From the IMG/VR virus record IMGVR_UViG_3300021962_008382, positions 64,001-128,000 of that record: a DNA stretch of 64,000 nt; one strand, given 5' to 3'. Origin of the DNA: a virus. Both the position numbers and the translations under genes were made by a program. Positions 18,621-28,062 of this stretch are shown in pieces. Within the stretch, counting starts at the first letter, position 1, and each line of letters starts with the position of its first letter. The notes under the pieces are model-generated. The model was not told the DNA's origin, did not search any database, and saw nothing but the letters and a program-made list of their open reading frames with translations.

Positions 18621-19972
18621 AATTTACTCATTAATTTAAGTACTTCTTGTTTAACATTATTAAGCGGTGTGTGCCAATCTCTCACTTTAGTTTGTTTGTG
18701 AACTTGAAAATTGTCACCATACCAAGGGGTAGTGGTACCTTTATGCGAAGTGGACCAGATATAGTATTCAGCAATAGGTACAACAACAAAGCATGTCTTT
18801 CCTATCGCTCCTGCTGCATGTACTAAACTGGTGCAGCTGCTTACAATACAATCCATTTGATCAATAAAATCTAAAGTATCCTCCCAAGTATCAATTCTAC
18901 TGCCTAAGTCAATACAACCTGGGTGACCATCTTCTTTATCAATGTAATAAACCTCTGCACCCTCAGGTATATAGCTGAGCAACAACTCAAGAGGTATCTT
19001 GCGGTATTCATCTTGGGAAAAATATGGATTACCGGAACATTTAATACCTATCTTAAATTTGTCACTATTGATTTTATTTTTAGGATTCCTTACCGGGATA
19101 AGATAAGGTTTTCGCCAAAGCTTATCCTCAGTTAAATTAAGATACCCAGGCAAGCTCATCATAGGAGTCCATAGCTGTCTTCTATCTATAGAGTATGTTT
19201 CAGTTATTACTTCATATCCGTTGCGACGAAACAGACTAACTGTATCCTCTCTATACTTTGACCAAGTAGAATATAATATTGGTCTCATACCTAGATCTTT
19301 AATATGATCAAAGAATCTTATGTTAATTATCTCGTCACCAATACCTCCCTCACCATCAACGTAAATAATTCTGCCTGGTTGAATTGTACCGGACCATTTA
19401 GTCATACCTAAAGCATCTTCAAATCTTCCGTTCTTAGGTTTAATAGAGCCCATGAACGCCAGTACACCTTCAGCGATCCTTCCTTCTCTTAATACCTTTC
19501 CGCTTAAAGCATTCTTCATATCATCAGCTTTTTCAGGGTGTTTTTCAGCCAAAGAAAGTAACAAATCTTCGGAAGTTTTTCTATCACCCATTAAAGCTAT
19601 ATTAAATGCTCTTTGTGTTTGAGTTTCAAAATCATCTGGGGTTAATTTTAAATTAAGATCGATATAGAAAAGAGCTTTTTCCGGCTGATTCAATGCATTA
19701 TAGGCTTTATATAAATTAGCGCGAGCAATGTAAAGTTGATCGGCGTTTTCAGCTCTAGAGTAAGCAGCCTCTGCACATTTCAAGTAAAGAGGTCTATGCT
19801 CTGCTTTTAGGGAAAGATATCCAAGTGTATCAAAATCTTCTACTGAATCTGCACGCTTAAAGTAATGTTCAAGCATTTCAAAAACGATTTTTCGTTTTTC
19901 ATTACCAAGCAAATCCATTACAACAGTAGTTAAATCTTGGATCTTAAATTCTTTATTCTTTAATGACGACAA
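18617..19972 (-). CDS. TPR-repeat glycosyltransferase (GT9-like catalytic domain)
   Basis: Helical TPR-like N-half; GEGGIGDEIINIRF; PMMSLP; WEDTLDFIDQMDCIVSSCTSLVHAAGAIGK. Confidence 0.8.
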   Translation of the reverse strand: MSSLKNKEFKIQDLTTVVMDLLGNEKRKIVFEMLEHYFKRADSVEDFDTLGYLSLKAEHRPLYLKCAEAAYSRAENADQLYIARANLYKAYNALNQPEKALFYIDLNLKLTPDDFETQTQRAFNIALMGDRKTSEDLLLSLAEKHPEKADDMKNALSGKVLREGRIAEGVLAFMGSIKPKNGRFEDALGMTKWSGTIQPGRIIYVDGEGGIGDEIINIRFFDHIKDLGMRPILYSTWSKYREDTVSLFRRNGYEVITETYSIDRRQLWTPMMSLPGYLNLTEDKLWRKPYLIPVRNPKNKINSDKFKIGIKCSGNPYFSQDEYRKIPLELLLSYIPEGAEVYYIDKEDGHPGCIDLGSRIDTWEDTLDFIDQMDCIVSSCTSLVHAAGAIGKTCFVVVPIAEYYIWSTSHKGTTTPWYGDNFQVHKQTKVRDWHTPLNNVKQEVLKLMSKL

Positions 19973-20498
19973 GTTTCACCCACAATTCTTCAATAATATT
20001 ATTATGTTGTTTTAAATAAGCTTCTACTTCATTTCGCGGCATGCCTACAAACTGATCTTTAAATTCTTTAGAAGGTATGTAATTCCAGTCTAAAATCTCA
20101 AAATCAACACCAAAATAAAAACCTAATCTCGAAGAAGCAGCGCCCTGCTCTTCGCACAGTCTGTTGTGTTTTTTACTAAATAAAAGCAGACCACCAACAG
20201 TTACTGGTCTACGATGAGTGGGATCGTCGTAGAAGTAATCGTGTCGATGATGGGGTACACGTATATCGATAGTAGCACCGTGCTTGCAGACTCGATACAG
20301 TTCTTGCAAGCAATGGAAGTAGCCCTCTCCTAGATGCTCTAATACATGATGGGCTACAACTACTTCGACGGAATTGTCCGGGAAGGGGAAAGGATCTTTT
20401 TCTAAATTAAAACAATAATCTGGATTTTCTCTAGCATCATAATCACAGGTTACGAAACCTTCAATTTTTGTTGACCCTGCACCAATATTAATCTTCAT
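19953..20498 (-). CDS. SAM-dependent methyltransferase (class I)
   Basis: Motif I KINIGAG, FPFPDNSV, HVLEHL, ELYRVCK; start placed at MKINIG. Confidence 0.85.
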   Translation of the reverse strand: MKINIGAGSTKIEGFVTCDYDARENPDYCFNLEKDPFPFPDNSVEVVVAHHVLEHLGEGYFHCLQELYRVCKHGATIDIRVPHHRHDYFYDDPTHRRPVTVGGLLLFSKKHNRLCEEQGAASSRLGFYFGVDFEILDWNYIPSKEFKDQFVGMPRNEVEAYLKQHNNIIEELWVKLVVIKE

Positions 20499-20528
20499 AA
20501 TTTTATCCAAGTAAAAATAACAAATTAA

Positions 20529-20557
20529 ATTATATAGTATATTTTATTAAAAATCAA
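20529..20557 (-). promoter_or_regulatory. sigma70-like promoter TTGATT-N17-TATAAT heading the enzyme operon
   Basis: Minus strand -35 at 20552-20557 and -10 at 20529-20534, 17-nt spacer; AT-rich context lowers specificity. Confidence 0.5.
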
Positions 20558-21903
20558 TACTTTTGAATACCAAGTGAGTGTAATCTTCCAGCACTTACTT
20601 CGTACCAGCCAACAGAACCCCCTACGACAGAAACGGGCGATGATCTTGATGATGACTGGTTTTCCCCTAACATACCGTCGGCGTTATTACCCCAAGCCCA
20701 AGCTGTTCCATTTCGTCTTACTGCTAACGAATGACCGTATTTACCTGCGCTTATTTGACACCAGTCAGTAAATCCTCCTACCACGGAAACCGGTGATGTT
20801 CTATCAGTAGCACTATTATCCCCTAACTGACCATTGGCATTACGACCCCAGGCCAGTAGGCTACTATTACCTACAATACCTAGCGAATGACAATACCCAG
20901 CACTTACTTGACTCCAATTACTAAAGCCTCCTATGATAGATACAGGTGATGAGCGGCTAGTAGTTGTATTATCGCCTATCTGTCCGCAGTTATTCCTTCC
21001 CCACCCCCATGCTGTACCGTTCTGTCTTACGGCTAATGAATGACCACCGCCAGCACTTATTTGACACCAGTCGGTGAAGCCACCCACAACTGATACAGGC
21101 GAGGATTTGCTAACAGTAGTATTATCACCTAGTTGACCGTCAGTAGCACAACCCCAACTCCACACCGTACCATTAGTTCTTAGTGCAAGGGAAAACTTAA
21201 ATCCGGCACTTACTTGACACCAGTCAGTAAACCCTCCTACCACAGAAACCGGGGATGATCGTGGTATATTAGTACTGTTATTACCTAACACACCATAATT
21301 ACCAAACCCCCATGCCCAAAGAGTACCATTCTCTCTTAAACCTAAGGAATGACAGAATGCAGATACCTGACACCAATCGGTAAAACCTCCTACTACGGAG
21401 ACTGGGGAGGATCTATGTAAATTACAATTATCACCTAAATTTCCGCTACCATACTGCCCCCAACTCCATGCGGTGCCGTTATTTCTAACTGCCAATGAAT
21501 GATTAACACCGGCGCTTATATCATACCAGTCAGTAAAACCACCTGCAACCGAAACGGGGGAGGATCTATCATTAACATCGCCCAACCCGAGTTTGCCTCG
21601 ATAATTGTCACCCCACCCCCACGCTTGACCTGACGTACAGTCCTGTCGTAAAATACGGTTGTCTAGAGACATCCAACAACCAGCACCGGCTACTACCGGT
21701 ATACAGAGAGATTGTACAAATATTACTGTACCTACTGAAATACTATTAGTAGCTTGATCAGGTAAATCACCCGTATCAGACACTACTATTGAACGATTAG
21801 TAGTAGCATTGCTAGTTTCAGCAGCGAGTACAACCATCTCGGTTACTTCAGAGTTGGCTGTTAAATTTGTTATACAAGTTTGAATTTCACTGAGTGTTGG
21901 CAT
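20554..21903 (-). CDS. RCC1/BLIP-II-like 7-repeat beta-propeller protein (paralog 6)
   Basis: ~90 aa N-terminal domain plus 7 repeats of ~51 aa: WxWGxNxxGQLGDN..SSPVSVVGGFTDWCQVSAG..HSLAVR.NGT. Confidence 0.9.
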   Translation of the reverse strand: MPTLSEIQTCITNLTANSEVTEMVVLAAETSNATTNRSIVVSDTGDLPDQATNSISVGTVIFVQSLCIPVVAGAGCWMSLDNRILRQDCTSGQAWGWGDNYRGKLGLGDVNDRSSPVSVAGGFTDWYDISAGVNHSLAVRNNGTAWSWGQYGSGNLGDNCNLHRSSPVSVVGGFTDWCQVSAFCHSLGLRENGTLWAWGFGNYGVLGNNSTNIPRSSPVSVVGGFTDWCQVSAGFKFSLALRTNGTVWSWGCATDGQLGDNTTVSKSSPVSVVGGFTDWCQISAGGGHSLAVRQNGTAWGWGRNNCGQIGDNTTTSRSSPVSIIGGFSNWSQVSAGYCHSLGIVGNSSLLAWGRNANGQLGDNSATDRTSPVSVVGGFTDWCQISAGKYGHSLAVRRNGTAWAWGNNADGMLGENQSSSRSSPVSVVGGSVGWYEVSAGRLHSLGIQKY

Positions 21904-21904
21904 T

Positions 21905-23260
21905 TTATATACTCTGCAGTGGGACTGTTGCTATTGTTCTGCCTAGTGAGAATCTTCGACCCGCACTAACTTGGGCCCAGTTAGTAAAACCACCTACAAC
22001 AGAAACAGGAGATGATAAATCTCCTGTAGCATTATTCCCCAACTGACCGTAATTATTATCCCCCCAAGCCCAAGCTGTACCATTGGTTCGAACCCCCAGG
22101 GAATGCCGAAAGCCTGCTGAAGCCCGACACCAATCGGTGAAACCACCTACTATTGAAGCAGGGGTAATACAACAATAATTACCCCCTTTATTAACACCTA
22201 TCTGACCGTAACGCGTGGATCCCCATCCCCAGGCAGTCCCGTTTGATCTTACCCCTAACGTAAAATTATTACCCGCGCTAACCTGAATCCAATCAGTATA
22301 TGTTGACACCTGGGTAGGAGATGAGGCACTAGTGTTACCCCCGTTACCTATCTGCCAGTAATTATTACGCCCCCAGGCAAAGGCAGTCCCATTTGTTCTT
22401 ACTGCTGCTGAATGCGTATGGCCAGCGCTAATATTACACCAGTCAGTAAATCCTCCTACCACAGAAACCGGTGATGATCTATTAGTAGCACTATTATCAC
22501 CTAATCGACCCGAACCGTTATACCCCCAAGCCCAGAGGGTCCCGCCTGATCTTAATGCTAAAGAATACTTGTAACCAGAACTTATTTGACACCAGTCGGT
22601 GAAGCCACCCACAACTGATACAGGCGAGGATTTGCTAACAGTAGTATTATCACCTAGTTGACCACTTTCGTTACTACCCCAAGCCCAAGCCGAACCATTA
22701 GTTCTTACTGCTAAAGTAGAATTTCTCCCGGCGGCCGCTTGACACCAGTCAGTAAATCCTACAACAGAAACCGGTGATGATCTGTTAGTAGTACAATTAT
22801 CACCTAATCGCCCCTGGCCATTGCATCCCCAAGCATACAACACACCATTAGTTCTTAACCCTAAAGAGTGTTGATAACCGGCTGACACCTGACGCCAATC
22901 GGTAAAGCCTCCTAATACGGAAATTGGCGAAGATTTATTTACAGTAGTATTATCTCCTAACACACCATTATAGTTACGTCCCCATACATATGCCTGACAG
23001 CTTACCGCATGCGAAAAGGTTGAAAAATCGCTGTTCCACGCCCCTTGAACAGCGTAGTAATATTTGTTTTCATCATCCACATATACCATTCTACCATTAT
23101 AAGTAGTAGCGTTAGGTAGATTGGTGCAAGTAGAAACTTTAAAAACTGGCTGGCACAGAATAGTAAGTGCGTTTTCTGCTTGGCAGCACTGCAAAGAGGT
23201 TAAGCCTCCTGCGCATAGCAGGCTGCATATTTTATCTATAAGCGGTTGAGTATTAATCAT
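21905..23260 (-). CDS. RCC1-like beta-propeller protein (paralog 5)
   Basis: 7 RCC1-type repeats; Cys-rich N-terminus. Confidence 0.9.
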   Translation of the reverse strand: MINTQPLIDKICSLLCAGGLTSLQCCQAENALTILCQPVFKVSTCTNLPNATTYNGRMVYVDDENKYYYAVQGAWNSDFSTFSHAVSCQAYVWGRNYNGVLGDNTTVNKSSPISVLGGFTDWRQVSAGYQHSLGLRTNGVLYAWGCNGQGRLGDNCTTNRSSPVSVVGFTDWCQAAAGRNSTLAVRTNGSAWAWGSNESGQLGDNTTVSKSSPVSVVGGFTDWCQISSGYKYSLALRSGGTLWAWGYNGSGRLGDNSATNRSSPVSVVGGFTDWCNISAGHTHSAAVRTNGTAFAWGRNNYWQIGNGGNTSASSPTQVSTYTDWIQVSAGNNFTLGVRSNGTAWGWGSTRYGQIGVNKGGNYCCITPASIVGGFTDWCRASAGFRHSLGVRTNGTAWAWGDNNYGQLGNNATGDLSSPVSVVGGFTNWAQVSAGRRFSLGRTIATVPLQSI

Positions 23261-23262
23261 AT

Positions 23263-24666
23263 TTAATCGAATGTAATTCCTACGCTAAGTCTACCACCGG
23301 TGGTTACTTGAAACCAGTTATTGATACCTACAACTGATACAGGTGAGGACCTGCTGGTATTATTGTTTGTACCGAGTTGGCCGTAGTCATTATTTCCCCA
23401 CGCCCAGGCAGTCCCCCCTTGTTGTACAGCTATATTATATCGGCAGCCGGCAGATACCTGACCCCAGTTAGTAAATCCCCCTACCACGGAAACCGGGGAT
23501 GAGCGATTCGTCCCGTATGGACTGCAATTATTTCCTAACTGACCCGAACCACTTGCTCCCCATGTCCAAAGGGTACCGTTAGTTCTCACTGCTGCTGAAT
23601 GATCATAGCCAGCGCTAATATTACACCAGTCAGTAAAACCACCTACCACTGTAACAGGGGATAAGCAACTTACTGTGTTATTATTACCCAGCCTACCTGA
23701 ACTCCCATACCCCCATGCATAAAGGACCCCGGTTTGAATTAAACCTAAAGAATGCTGGGCACCTGCTGATACCTGACACCAGTTAAAAATCCCCCCTGTT
23801 ACGGAAACAGGGGATCGACGACTAGTTGTCGTACCATCGCCTAACTGCCCTCGATCGTTTAACCCCCACCCCCATGCTGTACCGTTCTGTCTTACGGCTA
23901 ATGTGGTGTTTCTGTTGGAGGTACCGGTTCTGTTACCTGAAATTTGACACCAATCGGTAAACCCACCTACTACTGAAACTGGCGATGATTTATTAGCATT
24001 AGTATTGTCCCCCAATGCCCCCTGATAGTTATACCCCCATCCCCAAGCAGTACCGTTCTGCCGTATACCAACAGAAAATCTATGCCCTGCACTAATATTA
24101 CACCAGTCAGTGAATCCTCCTACTACAGATACAGGAGAGGATCTACTAGTAGTACAATTGTTACCTAATCTACCAGCTTCTCCAGACCCCCAAGCATAAA
24201 GGACCCCATTATTACGTAAACCAAGCGTATGCTGACAACCTGCGCTCACTTGACCCCAATCGGTAAATCCTCCTATTGTGGAAACAGGTGACGACCTCGA
24301 TTCTGTACAATTATCTCCGAACTGCCCTACACTATTACAACCCCACGCCCAAACTGCATTATTGTATTGCGCGTCTGTTCTTAAAACTGTACCATCCAGC
24401 GCAAGCCAAGTATTACCTGAACTTACAGCAATAATACCTAACGATTCAACATAATATACCATTCCATCGGGTAATATATTACTACCATAATAAAGATACG
24501 GTAAACTATACTTATTTTCAGCAGTGATAATACTGATGTCGTTTAAGTTGTTACCAGACAAAGCATACGCTAGAATATCGTCAGGGGTATAATCCACCAG
24601 ATTATACGGTCTGCATAATTGAGTATTTAATTTAGATAATATACAGCTAGCATTTACCGTTGGCAT
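23263..24666 (-). CDS. RCC1-like beta-propeller protein (paralog 4)
   Basis: 7 RCC1-type repeats. Confidence 0.9.
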   Translation of the reverse strand: MPTVNASCILSKLNTQLCRPYNLVDYTPDDILAYALSGNNLNDISIITAENKYSLPYLYYGSNILPDGMVYYVESLGIIAVSSGNTWLALDGTVLRTDAQYNNAVWAWGCNSVGQFGDNCTESRSSPVSTIGGFTDWGQVSAGCQHTLGLRNNGVLYAWGSGEAGRLGNNCTTSRSSPVSVVGGFTDWCNISAGHRFSVGIRQNGTAWGWGYNYQGALGDNTNANKSSPVSVVGGFTDWCQISGNRTGTSNRNTTLAVRQNGTAWGWGLNDRGQLGDGTTTSRRSPVSVTGGIFNWCQVSAGAQHSLGLIQTGVLYAWGYGSSGRLGNNNTVSCLSPVTVVGGFTDWCNISAGYDHSAAVRTNGTLWTWGASGSGQLGNNCSPYGTNRSSPVSVVGGFTNWGQVSAGCRYNIAVQQGGTAWAWGNNDYGQLGTNNNTSRSSPVSVVGINNWFQVTTGGRLSVGITFD

Positions 24667-24668
24667 AA

Positions 24669-25292
24669 TTACTCAACTATGGTGATGGCCAACAATTCTT
24701 CTTTAGTATCAGCAGTATCTATTTGATCTGAGATATTTAACTCCCAATCAAAGCAAGATTGAATATACTGATTACCTGCTTGTACAACTAATCCTAGCTC
24801 TTGCTTGGTCAAAGTTAGCCAACCTTCAGGAAATTTCCAATTTACAGTATCACTATTAGCCATTAGTAAGTATTTTTGAACAAAGATATCACGCGCCCCT
24901 CGATTGGTATCAATAGTCACTGTCTTATCTTGAATTGTTGCTGTTGTACCTAAAACTTCTCTTTTATATCTTTCTTGAGCTGCAACTTGTTTTAAATTGT
25001 ATCTCATAGAATCAATCGGTGAGTCATGAACTTCGTAATTAGCTATGACCACATCATCAGTAATGTTCCAAAGCGGGCCATAGTAGTATTCTACAAGCGG
25101 ATTCATTTCCGGTCTAACTTCATCTACACTCATGATTTTAGCATGATCATTAATTATTAATGGTAGGGTATCTGGGGCAGTTCTTGGTAGGGGGTACTGT
25201 ATACCTTGACGCTCTAATGTACCTTGAAACATGCCGCGATTCCAATTCATTGGACCCACCAGCACTCTATTGTCATAAATTACCGCATACAT
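24669..25292 (-). CDS. DUF4376-like putative fibre assembly / adaptor protein
   Basis: C-terminal LKQVAAQERYKRE..G...IDT.R...VNWK..W..LT..EL..V...IQSCF resembles DUF4376 proteins found beside tail-fibre genes; RBS AGGAG. Confidence 0.6.
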   Translation of the reverse strand: MYAVIYDNRVLVGPMNWNRGMFQGTLERQGIQYPLPRTAPDTLPLIINDHAKIMSVDEVRPEMNPLVEYYYGPLWNITDDVVIANYEVHDSPIDSMRYNLKQVAAQERYKREVLGTTATIQDKTVTIDTNRGARDIFVQKYLLMANSDTVNWKFPEGWLTLTKQELGLVVQAGNQYIQSCFDWELNISDQIDTADTKEELLAITIVE

Positions 25293-25310
25293 GTTTTTAT
25301 CTCCTGATAT

Positions 25311-25318
25311 TATTTATT
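25311..25318 (-). promoter_or_regulatory. late promoter AATAAATA in the middle of the propeller array
   Basis: TATTTATT on + strand upstream of the 25292 start. Confidence 0.55.
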
Positions 25319-25327
25319 TAGTGTTTA

Positions 25328-26704
25328 TTATGATATTCGTGTGCTTCTTATTGCTAGCGCATGGTAGTAATGTTGGGGGTCGCTGATGATCGCCCAGTCA
25401 GTAAAACCACCTACAACAGAGACTGGCGAGGATTGGTTGCTAGTACCATTATCTCCTAGACTACCATTATATGACTCCCCCCATGACCATACAGTACCGT
25501 TTTGTCTTAACCCCATACTTTTTCTATAGCCAGCGGAAACTTGACACCAATCGGTAAAGCCCCCTACTACGGAAACAGGGGATGATCTATTAGTAGTACA
25601 ATTATTACCTAGCCTACCTGAGGTTCCGCAACCCCATGACCATGCTGTTCCATTAGTTCTCACCGCTAAAGCATGCGTACTGGCGCTGACTTGACACCAA
25701 TCAGTAAAACCACCTACAACAGACACGGGCGATCTCTTACTTACTATTGTATTATCACCTAATCTACCAGCCGTATTATCTCCCCATGCATAAAGAGTAC
25801 CGTCTTGTCTTACAGCGGCAGTAAAATAACCTGTGCTCACCTGACACCAATTAGTAAATCCCCCTACTACTGATACCGGCGATGATTTATTAACATTAGT
25901 ATTGTCCCCTAATTGACCCTGACCGTTATATCCCCACGACCAAAGTGTACCATCTTGTTTTACACCATGACCTCTTCCGGGTCCGCTCGGTGTCGCGGCA
26001 ACTTGACACCAATCGGTAAAGCCCCCTACAACGGAAACAGGGGATAAAACAACAGCACCGGAACCGGTATTATTACCTAAACCCCCATTATCACGATAAC
26101 CCCATCCCCAAGCAGTACCGTTAGATCTTACACCTAGACTGGTAAAATTACCAGCAGAAACCTGACACCAGTCTGTAAACCCCCCGACCACTGATACGGG
26201 CGAGGATTTAGCTACTTCAGTATTATCCCCTAGTCTACCTCCGACACCGTTACCCCATCCCCATGCTGTACCGTTAGTTCTGACTGCTAGCGTGTGGTTA
26301 TAACCAGCGCTTACTTGACACCAGCTAGTAACTCCTCCCACTACTGATACCGGTGATGATTTACTAACAACAGTATTATCTCCTAACTGACCGCAATTAT
26401 TTCTACCCCAAGCATATGCAACATTATTATAAACAGGATCAGGTGAAACTTGTGACCAAACATTACCGTTACTAAAATATAAACGATCTACATTCTGCAC
26501 AAAGTACAGCCAACCTTCATGTACTGAAACGTTGGGTAAATTGCAGGTTTGATCTATTGTTCTAATTTGACCCATGTTGAAAGTTTGAGCTGCCTTAGCA
26601 AGCTCAATATAGTACATGGTAGAATTAACGTTATCCGCTGCAGCCAATGTATTGGCACTCTCAACAGCAGATTGAAACTGTACTTGTAGGTTGTTTATGT
26701 TCAT
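25328..26704 (-). CDS. RCC1-like beta-propeller protein (paralog 3)
   Basis: 7 RCC1-type repeats. Confidence 0.9.
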   Translation of the reverse strand: MNINNLQVQFQSAVESANTLAAADNVNSTMYYIELAKAAQTFNMGQIRTIDQTCNLPNVSVHEGWLYFVQNVDRLYFSNGNVWSQVSPDPVYNNVAYAWGRNNCGQLGDNTVVSKSSPVSVVGGVTSWCQVSAGYNHTLAVRTNGTAWGWGNGVGGRLGDNTEVAKSSPVSVVGGFTDWCQVSAGNFTSLGVRSNGTAWGWGYRDNGGLGNNTGSGAVVLSPVSVVGGFTDWCQVAATPSGPGRGHGVKQDGTLWSWGYNGQGQLGDNTNVNKSSPVSVVGGFTNWCQVSTGYFTAAVRQDGTLYAWGDNTAGRLGDNTIVSKRSPVSVVGGFTDWCQVSASTHALAVRTNGTAWSWGCGTSGRLGNNCTTNRSSPVSVVGGFTDWCQVSAGYRKSMGLRQNGTVWSWGESYNGSLGDNGTSNQSSPVSVVGGFTDWAIISDPQHYYHALAIRSTRIS

Positions 26705-28059
26705 GAGTCTAAATTATACCTTATACCTAGCACATGGCCAAAACCTGCTGAAACTTGACACCAATTAGTTAATCCCCCTATTACTGATACAGGGGATGAT
26801 CTACTGAAGGCTTGAAGCCCTTCACCTAATTGACCGTAGTTGTTTTGACCCCATCCCCAAATTGTACCGTTAGTTCTTACAGCCGCAGCATTACCAACAC
26901 CTGCATCTGCCTGACACCAATCTGTAAACCCACCTACTACAGAAACAGGTGATGAACTGTCAGTAGTACTATTATTACCTAATCGACCCGAACCGTTATA
27001 CCCCCAAGCCCAGAGGGTCCCGCCTGATCTTAATCCAATACTAAAACTATTTCCACCTGATACTTGACACCAATCTGTAAATCCCCCTACAACAGATACG
27101 GGGGAGGATTTAGAAACAGTAGAATTATCACCTAATCTTCCGTTACTACCGTTACCCCAAGCCCATGCAGTACCATTTTGTCTTACCCCTAGGGAATGTT
27201 GGGACTGACTGAGTGCAGCGCTTACCTGACACCAATCAGTAAACCCTCCTACAACAGATACAGGAGAGGTTCTAGTAGTAGTACTATTATCACCTAAGTT
27301 ACCATTACTATTATTTCCCCAACCCCAAGCAGTACCGTTTTGTCTTACAGCTAAAGCAAAATCGGACCCCCCTGATACCTGACACCAGTTAGTAAATCCC
27401 CCTACTACAGAAACAGGGGATGATTTACTTACTGTAGTACTATCACCTATTTGACCTTGAGCGTTGTAACCCCAAGCCCAAAGAGTTCCGTTTTGTCTTA
27501 CACCTAAAGAGAATCTTATATTATTACCAAAAAACCCCCCGGCACTTATCTGACACCAATCTGTAAAACCACCTACAACCGATACAGGAGATGATCTAGA
27601 TGTTGTAGAATTATCACCTAAACTACCGTAAAAGTTTTGACCCCAGCCCCAAGCAGTACCATTGGTACGCACGGCAAGTGAATTACGTGTTCCTGCTGAA
27701 ACTTGACACCAATCTATAAAATTACCAACAACTGACACTGGAGAAGTTCTTTGTGTAACTGTATTATCACCCAATTGACCGGCATTATTAAACCCCCAAG
27801 CATACATAAATCCTTGAGGTATTTGATTGATAGTATCTATTGATACCCAATTAGTACTATTACTATAATAAATTCCCAACCCTCTAACATAATACATTTT
27901 ACCAGTAGATGCAGATGCCGCAGGTAAATCCACTATAGCATTTACGTGATTTACTTGACCTGCTTTCATTAAGTCAACTGACTTAGTTACAGCTAACTGA
28001 TTATAGGTATTATCGCTAACTTTAGATTGAAGCTTTAAAATTAAATTAGTAATATCCAT
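26701..28059 (-). CDS. RCC1-like beta-propeller protein (paralog 2)
   Basis: 7 RCC1-type repeats, all with WCQ. Confidence 0.9.
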   Translation of the reverse strand: MDITNLILKLQSKVSDNTYNQLAVTKSVDLMKAGQVNHVNAIVDLPAASASTGKMYYVRGLGIYYSNSTNWVSIDTINQIPQGFMYAWGFNNAGQLGDNTVTQRTSPVSVVGNFIDWCQVSAGTRNSLAVRTNGTAWGWGQNFYGSLGDNSTTSRSSPVSVVGGFTDWCQISAGGFFGNNIRFSLGVRQNGTLWAWGYNAQGQIGDSTTVSKSSPVSVVGGFTNWCQVSGGSDFALAVRQNGTAWGWGNNSNGNLGDNSTTTRTSPVSVVGGFTDWCQVSAALSQSQHSLGVRQNGTAWAWGNGSNGRLGDNSTVSKSSPVSVVGGFTDWCQVSGGNSFSIGLRSGGTLWAWGYNGSGRLGNNSTTDSSSPVSVVGGFTDWCQADAGVGNAAAVRTNGTIWGWGQNNYGQLGEGLQAFSRSSPVSVIGGLTNWCQVSAGFGHVLGIRYNLDS

Positions 28060-28062
28060 AGT

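Noticed and set aside
13799-20510. DNA hypermodification cluster
   Set aside because: No nucleotide-pathway genes (thymidylate synthase-like, nucleotide kinase, DNA glucosyltransferase context) and the cluster sits among virion genes; a protein or glycan substrate fits better, though DNA is not formally excluded
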